Virus record (IMG/VR): IMGVR_UViG_3300025879_000014 | Reading direction: 5' to 3' (one strand) | Origin: an uncultured virus (IMG/VR IMGVR_UViG_3300025879_000014) | Taxonomy: Duplodnaviria; Heunggongvirae; Uroviricota; Caudoviricetes | DNA length: 64,000 bases | Part shown: positions 8,609-17,843 of the stretch, piece after piece | Layout: the number at the start of each line of letters is the position of its first letter | How positions within the stretch are numbered: position 1 is the stretch's first letter | Position numbers and translations under genes: made by a program | The notes under the pieces: generated by a model | What the model saw: only the letters and a program-made list of their open reading frames with translations | Told to the model about the DNA's origin: nothing | Database searches by the model: none

Positions 8609-9018
8609 GCTTTTAAATGACTTTTTCTTACCCTAACTGATACCCATCCATTATAGTAGTCTTCACGAAGTAACACGTCCCTTTCGAACTGCCACTTAGC
8701 TTCAAAGTAAGAACATTCGGCTTTCGTAGCGCATAGTCTTAGGATAGTTCGTTTGAACCGTTCCTTTCCTCTAGACTTAACTTCTTCGGTGAGTACTTCA
8801 GACGAGCCATAGTAATCCCGCCAGTCAGATTCTACCTTGAGTCTTTTCCTACGCTTTCTTGTTTTTGTTACTGGTAGTACTTTTGATCGCCAGAACAGCT
8901 TCTTACCGATATACTTCATTCCGTTATCGAGGTCTTCGATTTCATAAACAAAGCCATACAAAACTTTCGGATCTAACTCTTCAGGTTCGTATGGCTTATC
9001 TTCATATATCCAATTCAT
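8581..9018 (-). CDS. GIY-YIG family endonuclease-like protein
   Basis: GFVY...KYIGKK, Arg-rich segment, YYGSS, C-terminal E..Q and YYN. Confidence 0.75.
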   Translation of the reverse strand: MNWIYEDKPYEPEELDPKVLYGFVYEIEDLDNGMKYIGKKLFWRSKVLPVTKTRKRRKRLKVESDWRDYYGSSEVLTEEVKSRGKERFKRTILRLCATKAECSYFEAKWQFERDVLLREDYYNGWVSVRVRKSHLKALLLEESRV

Positions 9019-9058
9019 AGGTCGACATTAATTGCTTATTTGCTAATATATAGTCGAC

Positions 9059-9205
9059 CTAATCCTCTTCGTCAAATACTTGTAACGGTCTTTCTTTTTC
9101 CATTTCTTCCCCGCAGAAAGGGCAGTAGTTAACTTCAATACCATCCCTTTCATACGAGTACTCATGTTCAACCTCGAATTCGAGTCCGCAGTTGAAGCAC
9201 TCCAT
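9059..9205 (-). CDS. 48-aa zinc-ribbon protein (MECFNCG...YCPFCG), not in the ORF track
   Basis: Two CxxC motifs; start overlaps the glutaredoxin stop. Confidence 0.7.
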   Translation of the reverse strand: MECFNCGLEFEVEHEYSYERDGIEVNYCPFCGEEMEKERPLQVFDEED

Positions 9206-9465
9206 TATAAAGCGTCCGAGTCGACTTTTTCTTTGAACTCAGTATAACCGCCGATCGTTTCGGTGATCTCACCTTCGGCATTAACCTTTAATATCAAAGG
9301 TAATGAACGAACAGTTTGGAATTGATTCATAAAGTCAATACGGTCGATGTCATGGTTAGCTGTAGGTCCAACTGTCATTTCTTCGTATTCAATTTCAGCG
9401 CTGGCTGCTAACTCTTTTGCCATTGCGCAGTATTTACATGCTTCTTTTGAGTAGATTCTAATCAT
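9205..9465 (-). CDS. Glutaredoxin
   Basis: CKYC active site, SLPLI, IGGY; adjacent to nrdB. Confidence 0.88.
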   Translation of the reverse strand: MIRIYSKEACKYCAMAKELAASAEIEYEEMTVGPTANHDIDRIDFMNQFQTVRSLPLILKVNAEGEITETIGGYTEFKEKVDSDAL

Positions 9466-10583
9466 AGAGATAATCCTTTTAGTGTGTCTTCGTTTACGTC
9501 TTGTTTTACACCACCGATTACATAAGAACTAATCTCAGTTTCTTGCGGTGCTACTTGTACATTACCACCGCCGATCCACTTTTCAGTCCACGGTAGAGGG
9601 TTTGATTTTGATACTTGGTATGGGCATTGTAGACCAATAGACTTCATACGCTTAGACGCAATCCATTCTACATAGTCAGCCAGTAACTTTTCATTAAGAC
9701 CGATCATAGAACCGTCTTTGAATAGGTACTTAGCCCAAGCTTTTTCTTGTTCTACGGCATCTACAAACATAGCCTTTACTTGCTCATCGCATTCTTCTTG
9801 TATCTTAATGAAGTCTGCGTCCTCTTTCACTAGGTTCTTAATAATCTGCTGAGAAGCTGCTAAGTGAGTATTCTCATCGCGAGCAATGAACTTAATGATC
9901 TTGGCATTACCTTCCATTTTCTTCAACTCAGCAAAAGCCCAAGAACAAGCAAATGATACGTAGAAACGAACGCCTTCTAATATATTAACGCTGTTTATAC
10001 ATAACCATAACTTTTTCTTTAAATCGTATTCGTTAATCTCAACTACTTTACTGTTGACCATATGCCTGCCTTCGCCCAGTAATTGATACCAACCTGCATA
10101 CTCGATAAAGTCGTCATAGTACTTAGATATATCTTCGGCACAATCCGTAATCTCTTTAGAATCCGTTAATGTATCAAATACCAAAGTTGGGTTAGAATAT
10201 ACATTACGGATAATATGAGTATACGAACGAGAGTGGATAGTTTCAAAGAACGACCAAGTCTCGACCAACACTTCTAACTCAGGCAGCGAAGTGTGGGGAA
10301 GGAACGCCAAATTAGGCGATCTCCCCTGAACAGAATCTAGAAGAATCTGTCGCTTTAGGTTAGAAGTAAATATATGCTTTTCGTTATCTGTTAATTCGGA
10401 AAAGTCTTTACGGTCTTTTGATACATCGACTTCTTCTGGTCGCCAAAAGAAACCTAGCATCTTATCTGTCAGTTTCTCATACTGACTGTACTTTACCGAG
10501 TCATATCGAGCAATGTCGACCGACTCGTCAAAGAACATATTACTATCTAAATGGGATTTCTCCCTTTTCTTAAATACTGACAT
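9462..10583 (-). CDS. nrdB: Class Ia ribonucleotide reductase beta subunit
   Basis: FFWRPEE, ETIHSRSY, EGVRFYVSF, RDENTH, VAPQETE. Confidence 0.97.
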   Translation of the reverse strand: MSVFKKREKSHLDSNMFFDESVDIARYDSVKYSQYEKLTDKMLGFFWRPEEVDVSKDRKDFSELTDNEKHIFTSNLKRQILLDSVQGRSPNLAFLPHTSLPELEVLVETWSFFETIHSRSYTHIIRNVYSNPTLVFDTLTDSKEITDCAEDISKYYDDFIEYAGWYQLLGEGRHMVNSKVVEINEYDLKKKLWLCINSVNILEGVRFYVSFACSWAFAELKKMEGNAKIIKFIARDENTHLAASQQIIKNLVKEDADFIKIQEECDEQVKAMFVDAVEQEKAWAKYLFKDGSMIGLNEKLLADYVEWIASKRMKSIGLQCPYQVSKSNPLPWTEKWIGGGNVQVAPQETEISSYVIGGVKQDVNEDTLKGLSL

Positions 10584-10591
10584 TATTTTCC

Positions 10592-12886
10592 CTAGATTTT
10601 ACAGCTTTCGCAATCTTCTTCATCCGCATCGACTTGATCTAATTCCGGCAAGTCGTCAGGGTCTTTGTATTCGCCCGCACCATCGAATGTGTTATTATAG
10701 TATAATTGTTTCCCACCGAACTTATAGAAAGTGATAATATCTTTAATTAACTGAGACATTGGCACCTTAGAGTCTTCAAAGTGTTCTGGGTTATAACTAG
10801 TGTTAACAGAGATGCCTTGGTCGATATACTTCTGTAATACCGCACAGACTTTCAAGTAACCTTCCGGCGACTCTTGATCCCATAGTAAATCGTACTTGTT
10901 CTTCAAGTGGTGAATACCTGGAACGACCTGAGCCATAACTCCGTCTTTAGACTGTTTATAACTAACCAAAGCTCGAGGTGGTTCAATACCGTTAGTCGAG
11001 TTAGATATCTGAGCCGAAGTCTCTGCAGGCATCAAAGCCATTAGAGTAGAGTTACGAATACCGCTTTGTATCAATTGATTACGTAGAGCCTTCCAATCCA
11101 TACGGTTTTGCGGTTTAACTAAGTCATCAACATCGCTCTTGTATGTCATATTCGGAGTTATACCGTAGCTGTATTTAGTCTGACTAGTTTTTAAGCAAGC
11201 ACCCTTTTCAATAGCAAGGTCGGCAGAAGTCTTAATTAAGTAATAACTCCAAGCTTCGGCAAACTCATCGATAGTTGCTAAGGCATCGTCGTTATACTTT
11301 AACCCACGCTTCGCTAGGAAATACGCAAAGTTGATAATACCAACGCCAAGAGGTCTACGATCCATAGTAGAACGGTATGCAGCTACAACTGGATAGTCTT
11401 GATAATCTAACAACTCATCCAAAGCACGTACAGCAAGGTCACAATACTTTTCAAAGTCAGAAGGATCCTCAACTAAACCCCAGTTAATTGCAGCTAGAGT
11501 ACATAGGCTGATTTCGCCTTCTTCATCGTCCGCAGAAGATAGAGGTTTGGTAGGTAGATCGATTTCAGCGCAAAGGTTTGACTGACGAATCGGCGCTTCT
11601 TCTGGTACGAAAGAACCGTGTTCGTTAGCGTGATCAACGTTCTGTAGGTAAATACGTCCTGTATCCTTACGTTCAGTAATAAACGCTGTAAACAGTTCCA
11701 TAGCTGGTATGACTTTCTTACGGATAGAAGTCTTACGCTCGTATTTCTCGTATAACTCTTTGAACTTAACTTGGTCTGAATAGAATGCTTCATATAAGTC
11801 AGGAACATCGTCAGGGCTGAATAGAGTAATGTTACCGCCTGTCAGTAGACGTTCGTACATAGTCTTATTAAACTGGAACGCATAATCCATATGACGCACA
11901 CGATTTTCTTCAGTACCTTTATTGTTCTTGAGTACGATTAAGTCTTCAAATTCTAAGTGCCATGCTGGTAAGTATACCGTAGCAGCACCGCCACGAACGC
12001 CACCTTGAGAACAAGACTTGACTGATGCTTGGAACAATTTAAGGAACGGAATCAATCCAGTATGTACTACAGAACCATCGCCGATACGAGAACCAACTGC
12101 ACGAATAGCACCAGCGCCAATACCAATACCTGCTTTCTTAGATATGTATCGAACTACTGAAGTTGATGTACTATTAATTGAGTCCAGAGAGTCGCCAGAT
12201 TCAATAAGGACGCATGAACTGAATTGTCGTGTGGAAGTCCGAACGCCTGCCATGATCGGGGTAGGTAACGAGATATAGAATAGCGATATTGCATCATAAA
12301 ATTCCTTAACATATTTGATTCTGGTTTCAGTTGGGTACTGCGAGAATAAAGTCGCCGCAACCATCATGTAAAGAACCTGCGGAGTTTCAAAGATTTTACC
12401 AGTACTTCTATCTTGTACCAAGTACTTACCACGGAACTGTTCCATAGCAACGAACGTAAACTTAGAGTCTCGTTCGTGTTTGATGTACGATCCCAGCTGC
12501 TGTAATTCTTCTTCAGTATAGTAGTCAAAGACCTTACCATCATACACGCCTTCTTCGACGTTATTCTTAACTATCTGTATAAATTCCGTAGGTTCATATT
12601 GACCATATACTTCTTTACGAAGTTTATAGTTAACAAGATTTGCGGCAACATACTGATAGTTCGGTGTATGTTCTGATATTAGTTCTGCGGCAGACTTGAT
12701 CAACAGGTCGTGGATGTCTGACGCTGGGATCTTATCGTATAGCTGGATGTTGGCTTTCAATTCAATTTCTGAAATAGATACGCCATTTATCTCTTCAGTA
12801 GCCCATTCTAGGACTCGGTGGATCTTGTCTAACTGAAAGAGCTCAGTCGATCCGTCACGCTTTATTACGTTAATTGGTTTATTCAT
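10592..12886 (-). CDS. nrdA: Class Ia ribonucleotide reductase alpha subunit with ATP cone
   Basis: VIKRDG ATP cone, QFSSC, SNLCAE, C-terminal CESC. Confidence 0.97.
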   Translation of the reverse strand: MNKPINVIKRDGSTELFQLDKIHRVLEWATEEINGVSISEIELKANIQLYDKIPASDIHDLLIKSAAELISEHTPNYQYVAANLVNYKLRKEVYGQYEPTEFIQIVKNNVEEGVYDGKVFDYYTEEELQQLGSYIKHERDSKFTFVAMEQFRGKYLVQDRSTGKIFETPQVLYMMVAATLFSQYPTETRIKYVKEFYDAISLFYISLPTPIMAGVRTSTRQFSSCVLIESGDSLDSINSTSTSVVRYISKKAGIGIGAGAIRAVGSRIGDGSVVHTGLIPFLKLFQASVKSCSQGGVRGGAATVYLPAWHLEFEDLIVLKNNKGTEENRVRHMDYAFQFNKTMYERLLTGGNITLFSPDDVPDLYEAFYSDQVKFKELYEKYERKTSIRKKVIPAMELFTAFITERKDTGRIYLQNVDHANEHGSFVPEEAPIRQSNLCAEIDLPTKPLSSADDEEGEISLCTLAAINWGLVEDPSDFEKYCDLAVRALDELLDYQDYPVVAAYRSTMDRRPLGVGIINFAYFLAKRGLKYNDDALATIDEFAEAWSYYLIKTSADLAIEKGACLKTSQTKYSYGITPNMTYKSDVDDLVKPQNRMDWKALRNQLIQSGIRNSTLMALMPAETSAQISNSTNGIEPPRALVSYKQSKDGVMAQVVPGIHHLKNKYDLLWDQESPEGYLKVCAVLQKYIDQGISVNTSYNPEHFEDSKVPMSQLIKDIITFYKFGGKQLYYNNTFDGAGEYKDPDDLPELDQVDADEEDCESCKI

Positions 12887-12915
12887 TTATTACTCCAACT
12901 TTAGTTAAGGAGGGT

Positions 12916-12944
12916 ATTATACTATGGTTTTCTTCATTAGTAAA
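12916..12944 (-). promoter_or_regulatory. Sigma70-type phage promoter (nrdA)
   Basis: TTTACT-N17-TATAAT. Confidence 0.85.
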
Positions 12945-12953
12945 GGAAAAGTT

Positions 12954-13328
12954 TTAATTATTTTCTTCTTTTTTCGGTTCATAGTATTCCCGATATTTGA
13001 TTATAATGACACGCTGGTTATCTATATAGTTTCGGATCTTGGCCATGTTTATAGATAATCTCTCATAGCCACCGTCGGTCAAACCGAACAGAACGAGGTC
13101 TGTACCTTCTTTTTGGAGTTTCGCGAATACGGATTCTGCGTTGTCTGGAGTGATAACTATCCACTTGACGTCTAATGTGTCTAGAGGTAGTAAGTCTGGT
13201 AGGACTAGTGGGGTGCGTTCTACTGGTTTGGATATTACTTTTATCGGTTCAACTTCTTCTCGGCTGAAGTCGAATATAGAGCATCCTGTAACAGATAGAG
13301 CAATAGCAGCAGGGATTAGTAGTTTCAT
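12954..13328 (-). CDS. Outer-membrane spanin (lipoprotein)
   Basis: Lipobox VTGC, Pro-rich segment, overlaps the i-spanin gene. Confidence 0.8.
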   Translation of the reverse strand: MKLLIPAAIALSVTGCSIFDFSREEVEPIKVISKPVERTPLVLPDLLPLDTLDVKWIVITPDNAESVFAKLQKEGTDLVLFGLTDGGYERLSINMAKIRNYIDNQRVIIIKYREYYEPKKEENN

Positions 13329-13819
13329 GGCGTCACCTTAATGTAGTTTGGGTTTGCTAATTCTGGACATTCAGAATTGGCTTGCGACTTAGTAGTAGCA
13401 GCGAGTTCTTTTTCTGTCAGCGGTGAGCCAGATGCGATTTGTAAACAACGCATAGCATTAGCAGTGCCACGGTTGATTAGCTTTTCGATTAGTCTAGGTT
13501 TGCGAGAAGCGATAAATCCAAAGTCTCTTGGGTCGCCGTTTGCGCTTTGATTAAACTTGTCTTGGAGGGTTGATAGTTGCTTTTGTTGATCTTGTACTTT
13601 ATCAAGTAACTCTGAATTTGCTTTTCGGATTGCTTCAGAATCTTGCTTTGCTGCAGTTATAACTGCCTGTTGCGTTTGAATTGATTCTTGAAGTTTCTCT
13701 TGATTATTCTTCGCTACTGCGAGGTCGGCTTGGAGGTTAGATACATAGTATAAACCCCCTGCGATAATAACGACAATAACCAAAGCTGCGAGAGCCTTGA
13801 TTGCGGAAAATATTCCCAT
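13325..13819 (-). CDS. Inner-membrane spanin
   Basis: N-terminal TM helix, long coiled coil, C-terminal Cys pair. Confidence 0.8.
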   Translation of the reverse strand: MGIFSAIKALAALVIVVIIAGGLYYVSNLQADLAVAKNNQEKLQESIQTQQAVITAAKQDSEAIRKANSELLDKVQDQQKQLSTLQDKFNQSANGDPRDFGFIASRKPRLIEKLINRGTANAMRCLQIASGSPLTEKELAATTKSQANSECPELANPNYIKVTP

Positions 13820-13834
13820 AATATACCTTTATGA

Positions 13835-14098
13835 TTACAGTTTGTTTGCGGACTTGCGACGAATCGCACGCATAGCTCCAGTTGTAGAATCCCTCAAAAC
13901 GATAGTGTTCTTTGGCTTCTTCTGTGCGTAATCATATATAGCTTTTTGTTCTTCTTGAGTTAGGTCTAGATATTTCGACCAGCGCTCAAACTTATTTCTT
14001 CCGGTTTCAAACTTACGGAATACATCTCCTGGTACGTCAAACATTTTATACGAAGGCGATACGTCTACAGCACCAGAACCTATATTGTTTGCGATCAT
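13835..14098 (-). CDS. Conserved hypothetical protein
   Basis: KFERWSKYL...IVLRDSTTGAM; coupled to the upstream gene. Confidence 0.65.
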   Translation of the reverse strand: MIANNIGSGAVDVSPSYKMFDVPGDVFRKFETGRNKFERWSKYLDLTQEEQKAIYDYAQKKPKNTIVLRDSTTGAMRAIRRKSANKL

Positions 14099-14667
14099 TT
14101 GGTTAATTCTCCTTGTCCTACAAATACGTATTGTGAAGTTGCTTTGTGATATACTTTATATACATTCTCGCCTAGGATAGTATCTACTGGAGTAGAACCA
14201 ACATCTAGTACAACTTCCGAGCCTTTTGCGCCAATAGACATTCCAGTTGAAGGTAGGATAATCTCTTCAGAAACTACTGTATAAACCCCAGGAGCTAAAT
14301 CTTCTTGTACAGATTCGTTTAACTGGACGCCTTGTTCGTCTAGTAATGTTTCCATTACCATTTGAACGTCAGAGTCAGAAAGGTCGGAGTTTTCTTTAAT
14401 TAAGAATAATGCTGCGGCATAAGAAGCGAACGCAGTCTTACCGAAAGGCAACTTTTGAAGCAATCGACGTAACTTGAACACCAAACGGTGGAACATAGTA
14501 TACGCACCCTTTTCTTCGTTACCTTTCAGCTGAGAAGATTTTTTAAGAGGATTGCCTTCGTCGTCGATAATACCCATCTCATATGCTGGCATATCAGTCC
14601 ACTTCTTAGTCAACAGACGCAAGAAACGGAATGTATAGATTAGGTCTGCGGTTCTGGTAATACTCAT
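14095..14667 (-). CDS. Conserved hypothetical protein of T4-like phages
   Basis: DLIYTFRFLRLL...AYEMGIIDDEG...AYTMFHRLVF...YAAALFLIKE. Confidence 0.75.
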   Translation of the reverse strand: MSITRTADLIYTFRFLRLLTKKWTDMPAYEMGIIDDEGNPLKKSSQLKGNEEKGAYTMFHRLVFKLRRLLQKLPFGKTAFASYAAALFLIKENSDLSDSDVQMVMETLLDEQGVQLNESVQEDLAPGVYTVVSEEIILPSTGMSIGAKGSEVVLDVGSTPVDTILGENVYKVYHKATSQYVFVGQGELTK

Positions 14668-15029
14668 ATTTCCCTCAGTACTTTAATTATAGTCGGATCC
14701 AGTGGAACTTCGACTTTATCGGATTCTGGTAGATAGTTAAGGAATACTAGAAAGGTCTTTAGAGCAGACCAGTATTCCTCTTCCATTTTAAAGAATATCA
14801 TTCGATTACAGCCTTTAATTCCAAACAAGTTATATAGGACGATTATATGGTTTAATATCAACCGTTCCTGTAAGTCTTGATTAACTGTATATCTTTTAAA
14901 TAACCGCTTTAAATACTTGAACCTCTGAAGGTCATTATAGAACTCATCAGAGGATTCACATTGCGGGTTGTCATAGTTTTTAGCTGCGAATAACAGAAAG
15001 TTATCTTCAGTCAGTTCATCAAAGTTCAT
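14664..15029 (-). CDS. Conserved hypothetical protein of T4-like phages
   Basis: NFLLFAAKNYDNPQC...ERLILNHII.LYNLFG. Confidence 0.75.
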   Translation of the reverse strand: MNFDELTEDNFLLFAAKNYDNPQCESSDEFYNDLQRFKYLKRLFKRYTVNQDLQERLILNHIIVLYNLFGIKGCNRMIFFKMEEEYWSALKTFLVFLNYLPESDKVEVPLDPTIIKVLREI

Positions 15030-15066
15030 TTCAATACCATATAGATTATTTATCTAATAGTATTTA

Positions 15067-15816
15067 TTACTCACCTTCGACGGTCTTCTTGATAACGTGC
15101 TTATCTTTAAAGTCTTTCTCGCCTTTAGCTCGTGGCTGTTCTACTTCAGACATAGTCTTTTTCTTAGAACCGCAAGATTCGTGGTATCCTTTGCCTTCGC
15201 AATGATCGCAGCCTTCGCCTTCACATTTAGGGCATTCTTCCTTTGCTTCGGTCTTAGCCTTTTTCTTTTCTAGAGCTTTAGAGATAGTCTTACGGCGTTT
15301 AGCAAGATACTTATCAGATTCGTCCGTATCGCCGTCGTTGTCGATATCGCCATCTTCTTTACCTACTGGGTCAAGTTTAGCTTCTAATAAAGATCCGCGA
15401 CCTTTCTTCAATTCAAACGTAGCTGATTGAGTACGACCTAAACCGTTTGCTCTAAGGTTATTCCCCATCTTAGAAACAGATGCTCCTGGGATAGCAAGTA
15501 CAGCCATTAACCAATCTTCAAGGGATTTGAATGTTTTAGTGGCTTCGTCAAGTTCTTCTTCTTTCATAGAAACGCCAGAACCTTTCTTACCGATAACACC
15601 ACCTTTAGCTTTTACTTTAGCCTTGGCATCTTCTTGGTCTTTCTTATCTTTACTCAACTTCTTATTGATAGTACCACTTAGTGATTCTTCTAAGTCTTGT
15701 GAAGGCTGTTCGACTTCTGGAGCTTCTTCAACAACTTCTTGAGCTGGCTCTTCTTTAGGCTGGTACATTGATGCATACGCAGAAGCGATTGCTTGGGTGA
15801 TTTGTTTATCGTTCAT
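15067..15816 (-). CDS. Modular charged protein, probable internal head protein
   Basis: Short modules separated by LEES/ELDEA/LLEA; Asp-rich DGDIDNDGDTDESD; CxxC motifs. Confidence 0.6.
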   Translation of the reverse strand: MNDKQITQAIASAYASMYQPKEEPAQEVVEEAPEVEQPSQDLEESLSGTINKKLSKDKKDQEDAKAKVKAKGGVIGKKGSGVSMKEEELDEATKTFKSLEDWLMAVLAIPGASVSKMGNNLRANGLGRTQSATFELKKGRGSLLEAKLDPVGKEDGDIDNDGDTDESDKYLAKRRKTISKALEKKKAKTEAKEECPKCEGEGCDHCEGKGYHESCGSKKKTMSEVEQPRAKGEKDFKDKHVIKKTVEGE

Positions 15817-15820
15817 TTGC

Positions 15821-16105
15821 TTATCCTATGAATAGTTTTACTATTGAGCCGACTAAGGCAACTACAACCACGTATGTGATCCTATTTAAAATGTTTATTG
15901 TATGTGCGTTTTCGCGAGTTAGCTTCTCGGTATCTTCGACTCTATCGACTAGTTTTAAAAACCTATCGTATAAGTTAGCTTGCTTTTGCTCAAAGGCAAT
16001 CTGCCTTTCCTCGGCTCTTGCTAGACTTATCATAGCGTCGGATAACTTGTCGATCTTACCTTCGATTCGGTTCAATCGATCGTCTTGGTTGTTGGATTCT
16101 TTCAT
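15821..16105 (-). CDS. Coiled-coil protein with C-terminal TM helix
   Basis: RLNRIEGKIDKL...; hydrophobic C-terminus; late promoter upstream. Confidence 0.65.
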   Translation of the reverse strand: MKESNNQDDRLNRIEGKIDKLSDAMISLARAEERQIAFEQKQANLYDRFLKLVDRVEDTEKLTRENAHTINILNRITYVVVVALVGSIVKLFIG

Positions 16106-16127
16106 GCCAGCCCCATAAATTTAGTTG

Positions 16128-16397
16128 TTAGTATTTATACATTTTTATTATTAGATCAGACTCACCTTTTATAAGCCGATGATATTCCATATCGGGTATA
16201 AAGTAACAACGACCTTCTTGCAGTAGTGTAGGTAAACACCCTTCGTATTGTAATTGCCATCCTTGACCAGATAGGATTTCAATCTTCCTATCCCCGAAGT
16301 CCCTGTGCCAAACATATTCTTCTTGCGATAAGGTAACATCAAATTCTCTGATATCACCATTATCTACATAAGGTCTACCAGAAGAAATTTCCGCCAC
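16128..16397 (-). CDS. Small cupin-like conserved hypothetical protein
   Basis: VWHRD...GWQLQ...YHRLIKG. Confidence 0.65.
   Translation of the reverse strand: MAEISSGRPYVDNGDIREFDVTLSQEEYVWHRDFGDRKIEILSGQGWQLQYEGCLPTLLQEGRCYFIPDMEYHRLIKGESDLIIKMYKY
16132..16139 (-). promoter_or_regulatory. T4-type late promoter
   Basis: TATAAATA 27 nt upstream of the 16105 start. Confidence 0.7.
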
Positions 16398-16746
16398 CTT
16401 TCAATCCCAATTCTTTTGCATATTTTGGTAAACGACAAGCCCAGTATCCTGGAGACATTTTATCTTTCTTCATGTCGCAGTTATGACGAGAGGCAAAGTT
16501 CTTTGCTGCTTCTTTGTCATTAATCTTTGAAGTAAGACCGCCTTTAACGTCGCCGAAATATATCTTTTTAACATTACCTGTTTTCGGATCCCTTACATAA
16601 ACCACATATTTCTTACCCTCGCCAGAGTTTCTTTTTGGTTTATTAAGTTCAGGCTCTTTCTCTTCATCGAGTTCGATCATAGGAGATTCAAGCGGAACCA
16701 TAGACCCTTCGTATTCACCAAAATAACGTTCTTTAAAAGATTCCAT
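16375..16746 (-). CDS. Conserved hypothetical protein with capsid-targeting-like N-terminus
   Basis: MESFKE; KKYVVYV...FGD...FASRHNC...GYWAC. Confidence 0.7.
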   Translation of the reverse strand: MESFKERYFGEYEGSMVPLESPMIELDEEKEPELNKPKRNSGEGKKYVVYVRDPKTGNVKKIYFGDVKGGLTSKINDKEAAKNFASRHNCDMKKDKMSPGYWACRLPKYAKELGLKGGGNFFW

Positions 16747-17156
16747 TAGTTCACCAATTTATATTTCTTACCGTCGATCTTAGAAGCGAGAGTTCTAGCA
16801 TCAACACCATCGATTTGTTTAGAAACTACACTAGCATACCAAACCAAACTATGACGCCATTTGCCTTTATTCTCTTTATACTTTTTACCTAGTATCTTAG
16901 TCAGAAGGTCTTTAGCAAAGTCGTACTTACGCTTTTTGAACGAGATAGCAAGTAGCTTCTCGATATCTTGCATCGTAGTATCTTCTTCGACCTTATCGGG
17001 TAAACCCTTATGTTTGGTTTCTGCGTAATCCACTAGATCTTTCTCCGGTAGCTTAGATAATTCTTTTACCTCGTCCGAAACGTCAGAGACCTCACCACGC
17101 TTATATGCGAGGGCGAGACCGAATAGTTTCTGTTGAGCTTTGGACTTAGCTGGCAT
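16746..17156 (-). CDS. Two-module hypothetical protein (DUF3008-like N-terminus)
   Basis: MPAKSKAQQKLFG...YAETKHKGLPDKVEE then a second module. Confidence 0.65.
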   Translation of the reverse strand: MPAKSKAQQKLFGLALAYKRGEVSDVSDEVKELSKLPEKDLVDYAETKHKGLPDKVEEDTTMQDIEKLLAISFKKRKYDFAKDLLTKILGKKYKENKGKWRHSLVWYASVVSKQIDGVDARTLASKIDGKKYKLVN

Positions 17157-17842
17157 TACATCGGCTCGAGTTCAGAAGGTTTATAATCCATAACCTTACC
17201 GCCATCAACAGCAACTTTTATAAAGTCTTTTCCAACTGTTAATACCTTCCCAGTCTTACCGCTTTTCTTACAGCGAACCTTAGAACCTTCTGGAAATTTA
17301 GAAGATAATTGAGCAATATCTTTGCGTAGAGATTCATCAAGTTCAACAGATTCGTTCTTCGTCTTCTTAATATAGAGTTGCTCGTCCGAATTCCATGTGT
17401 AATTAGTCTTATCAAAACCTTTAAGTTTTTTTGCTTTTTGGTATTCAGCAGAAGAAAGTTTTGATACTTTTAACAGTCTGTTTTCATCTAGTTCAACAGA
17501 TTCGTTCGTTTTAATTACTTCCCACGCACCTTCTGATGGCTTCACTTTTTTGTTTCGAATCGCTGCTTGTTTCTCGGCTTTCTGTTTACTGTCGGCACGA
17601 ACTTCTGCTTCGACTTTACCTTTTTTGTTTCTAAAGACTACAGAGTAAGTTCCCATATCTTTATAACTCTTTTTGAGTTTTTCAGATACAACTTCTTCTT
17701 TAACTTCTTCCCAACCCATCTGCTTATAGGTAGACAATTCGTTTTTGTTTACCATGCGCTCTTTGTCGCCTTTGACAACTTTGATGTTACGCTTTTCGGT
17801 TAGTGCAGACACTTCTTCTAAAAGTGTAAAAAAATCTTTCAT
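17156..17842 (-). CDS. Modular protein with repeated NESVELDE linkers, probable internal head polyprotein
   Basis: Start MKDFFTLLEE after RBS AAGGA; two NESVELDE copies; last module KOW/SH3-like. Confidence 0.65.
   Translation of the reverse strand: MKDFFTLLEEVSALTEKRNIKVVKGDKERMVNKNELSTYKQMGWEEVKEEVVSEKLKKSYKDMGTYSVVFRNKKGKVEAEVRADSKQKAEKQAAIRNKKVKPSEGAWEVIKTNESVELDENRLLKVSKLSSAEYQKAKKLKGFDKTNYTWNSDEQLYIKKTKNESVELDESLRKDIAQLSSKFPEGSKVRCKKSGKTGKVLTVGKDFIKVAVDGGKVMDYKPSELEPM
17333..17507. repeat. 25-bp near-identical direct repeat (17333-17357 and 17483-17507) encoding NESVELDE
   Basis: ttcatc(a/t)agttcaacagattcgttc, one mismatch, 150 nt apart. Confidence 0.85.
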
Positions 17843-17843
17843 T

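Noticed and set aside
8581..9018. Mobile intron-encoded homing endonuclease
   Set aside because: Free-standing and short, with no separate DNA-binding domain and no interrupted host gene; kept only as GIY-YIG-like
9462..12886. Introns or inteins in nrdA/nrdB (also considered for gp41, gp43, gp17 and uvsX)
   Set aside because: The ORFs are continuous, of normal length, and lack intein motifs
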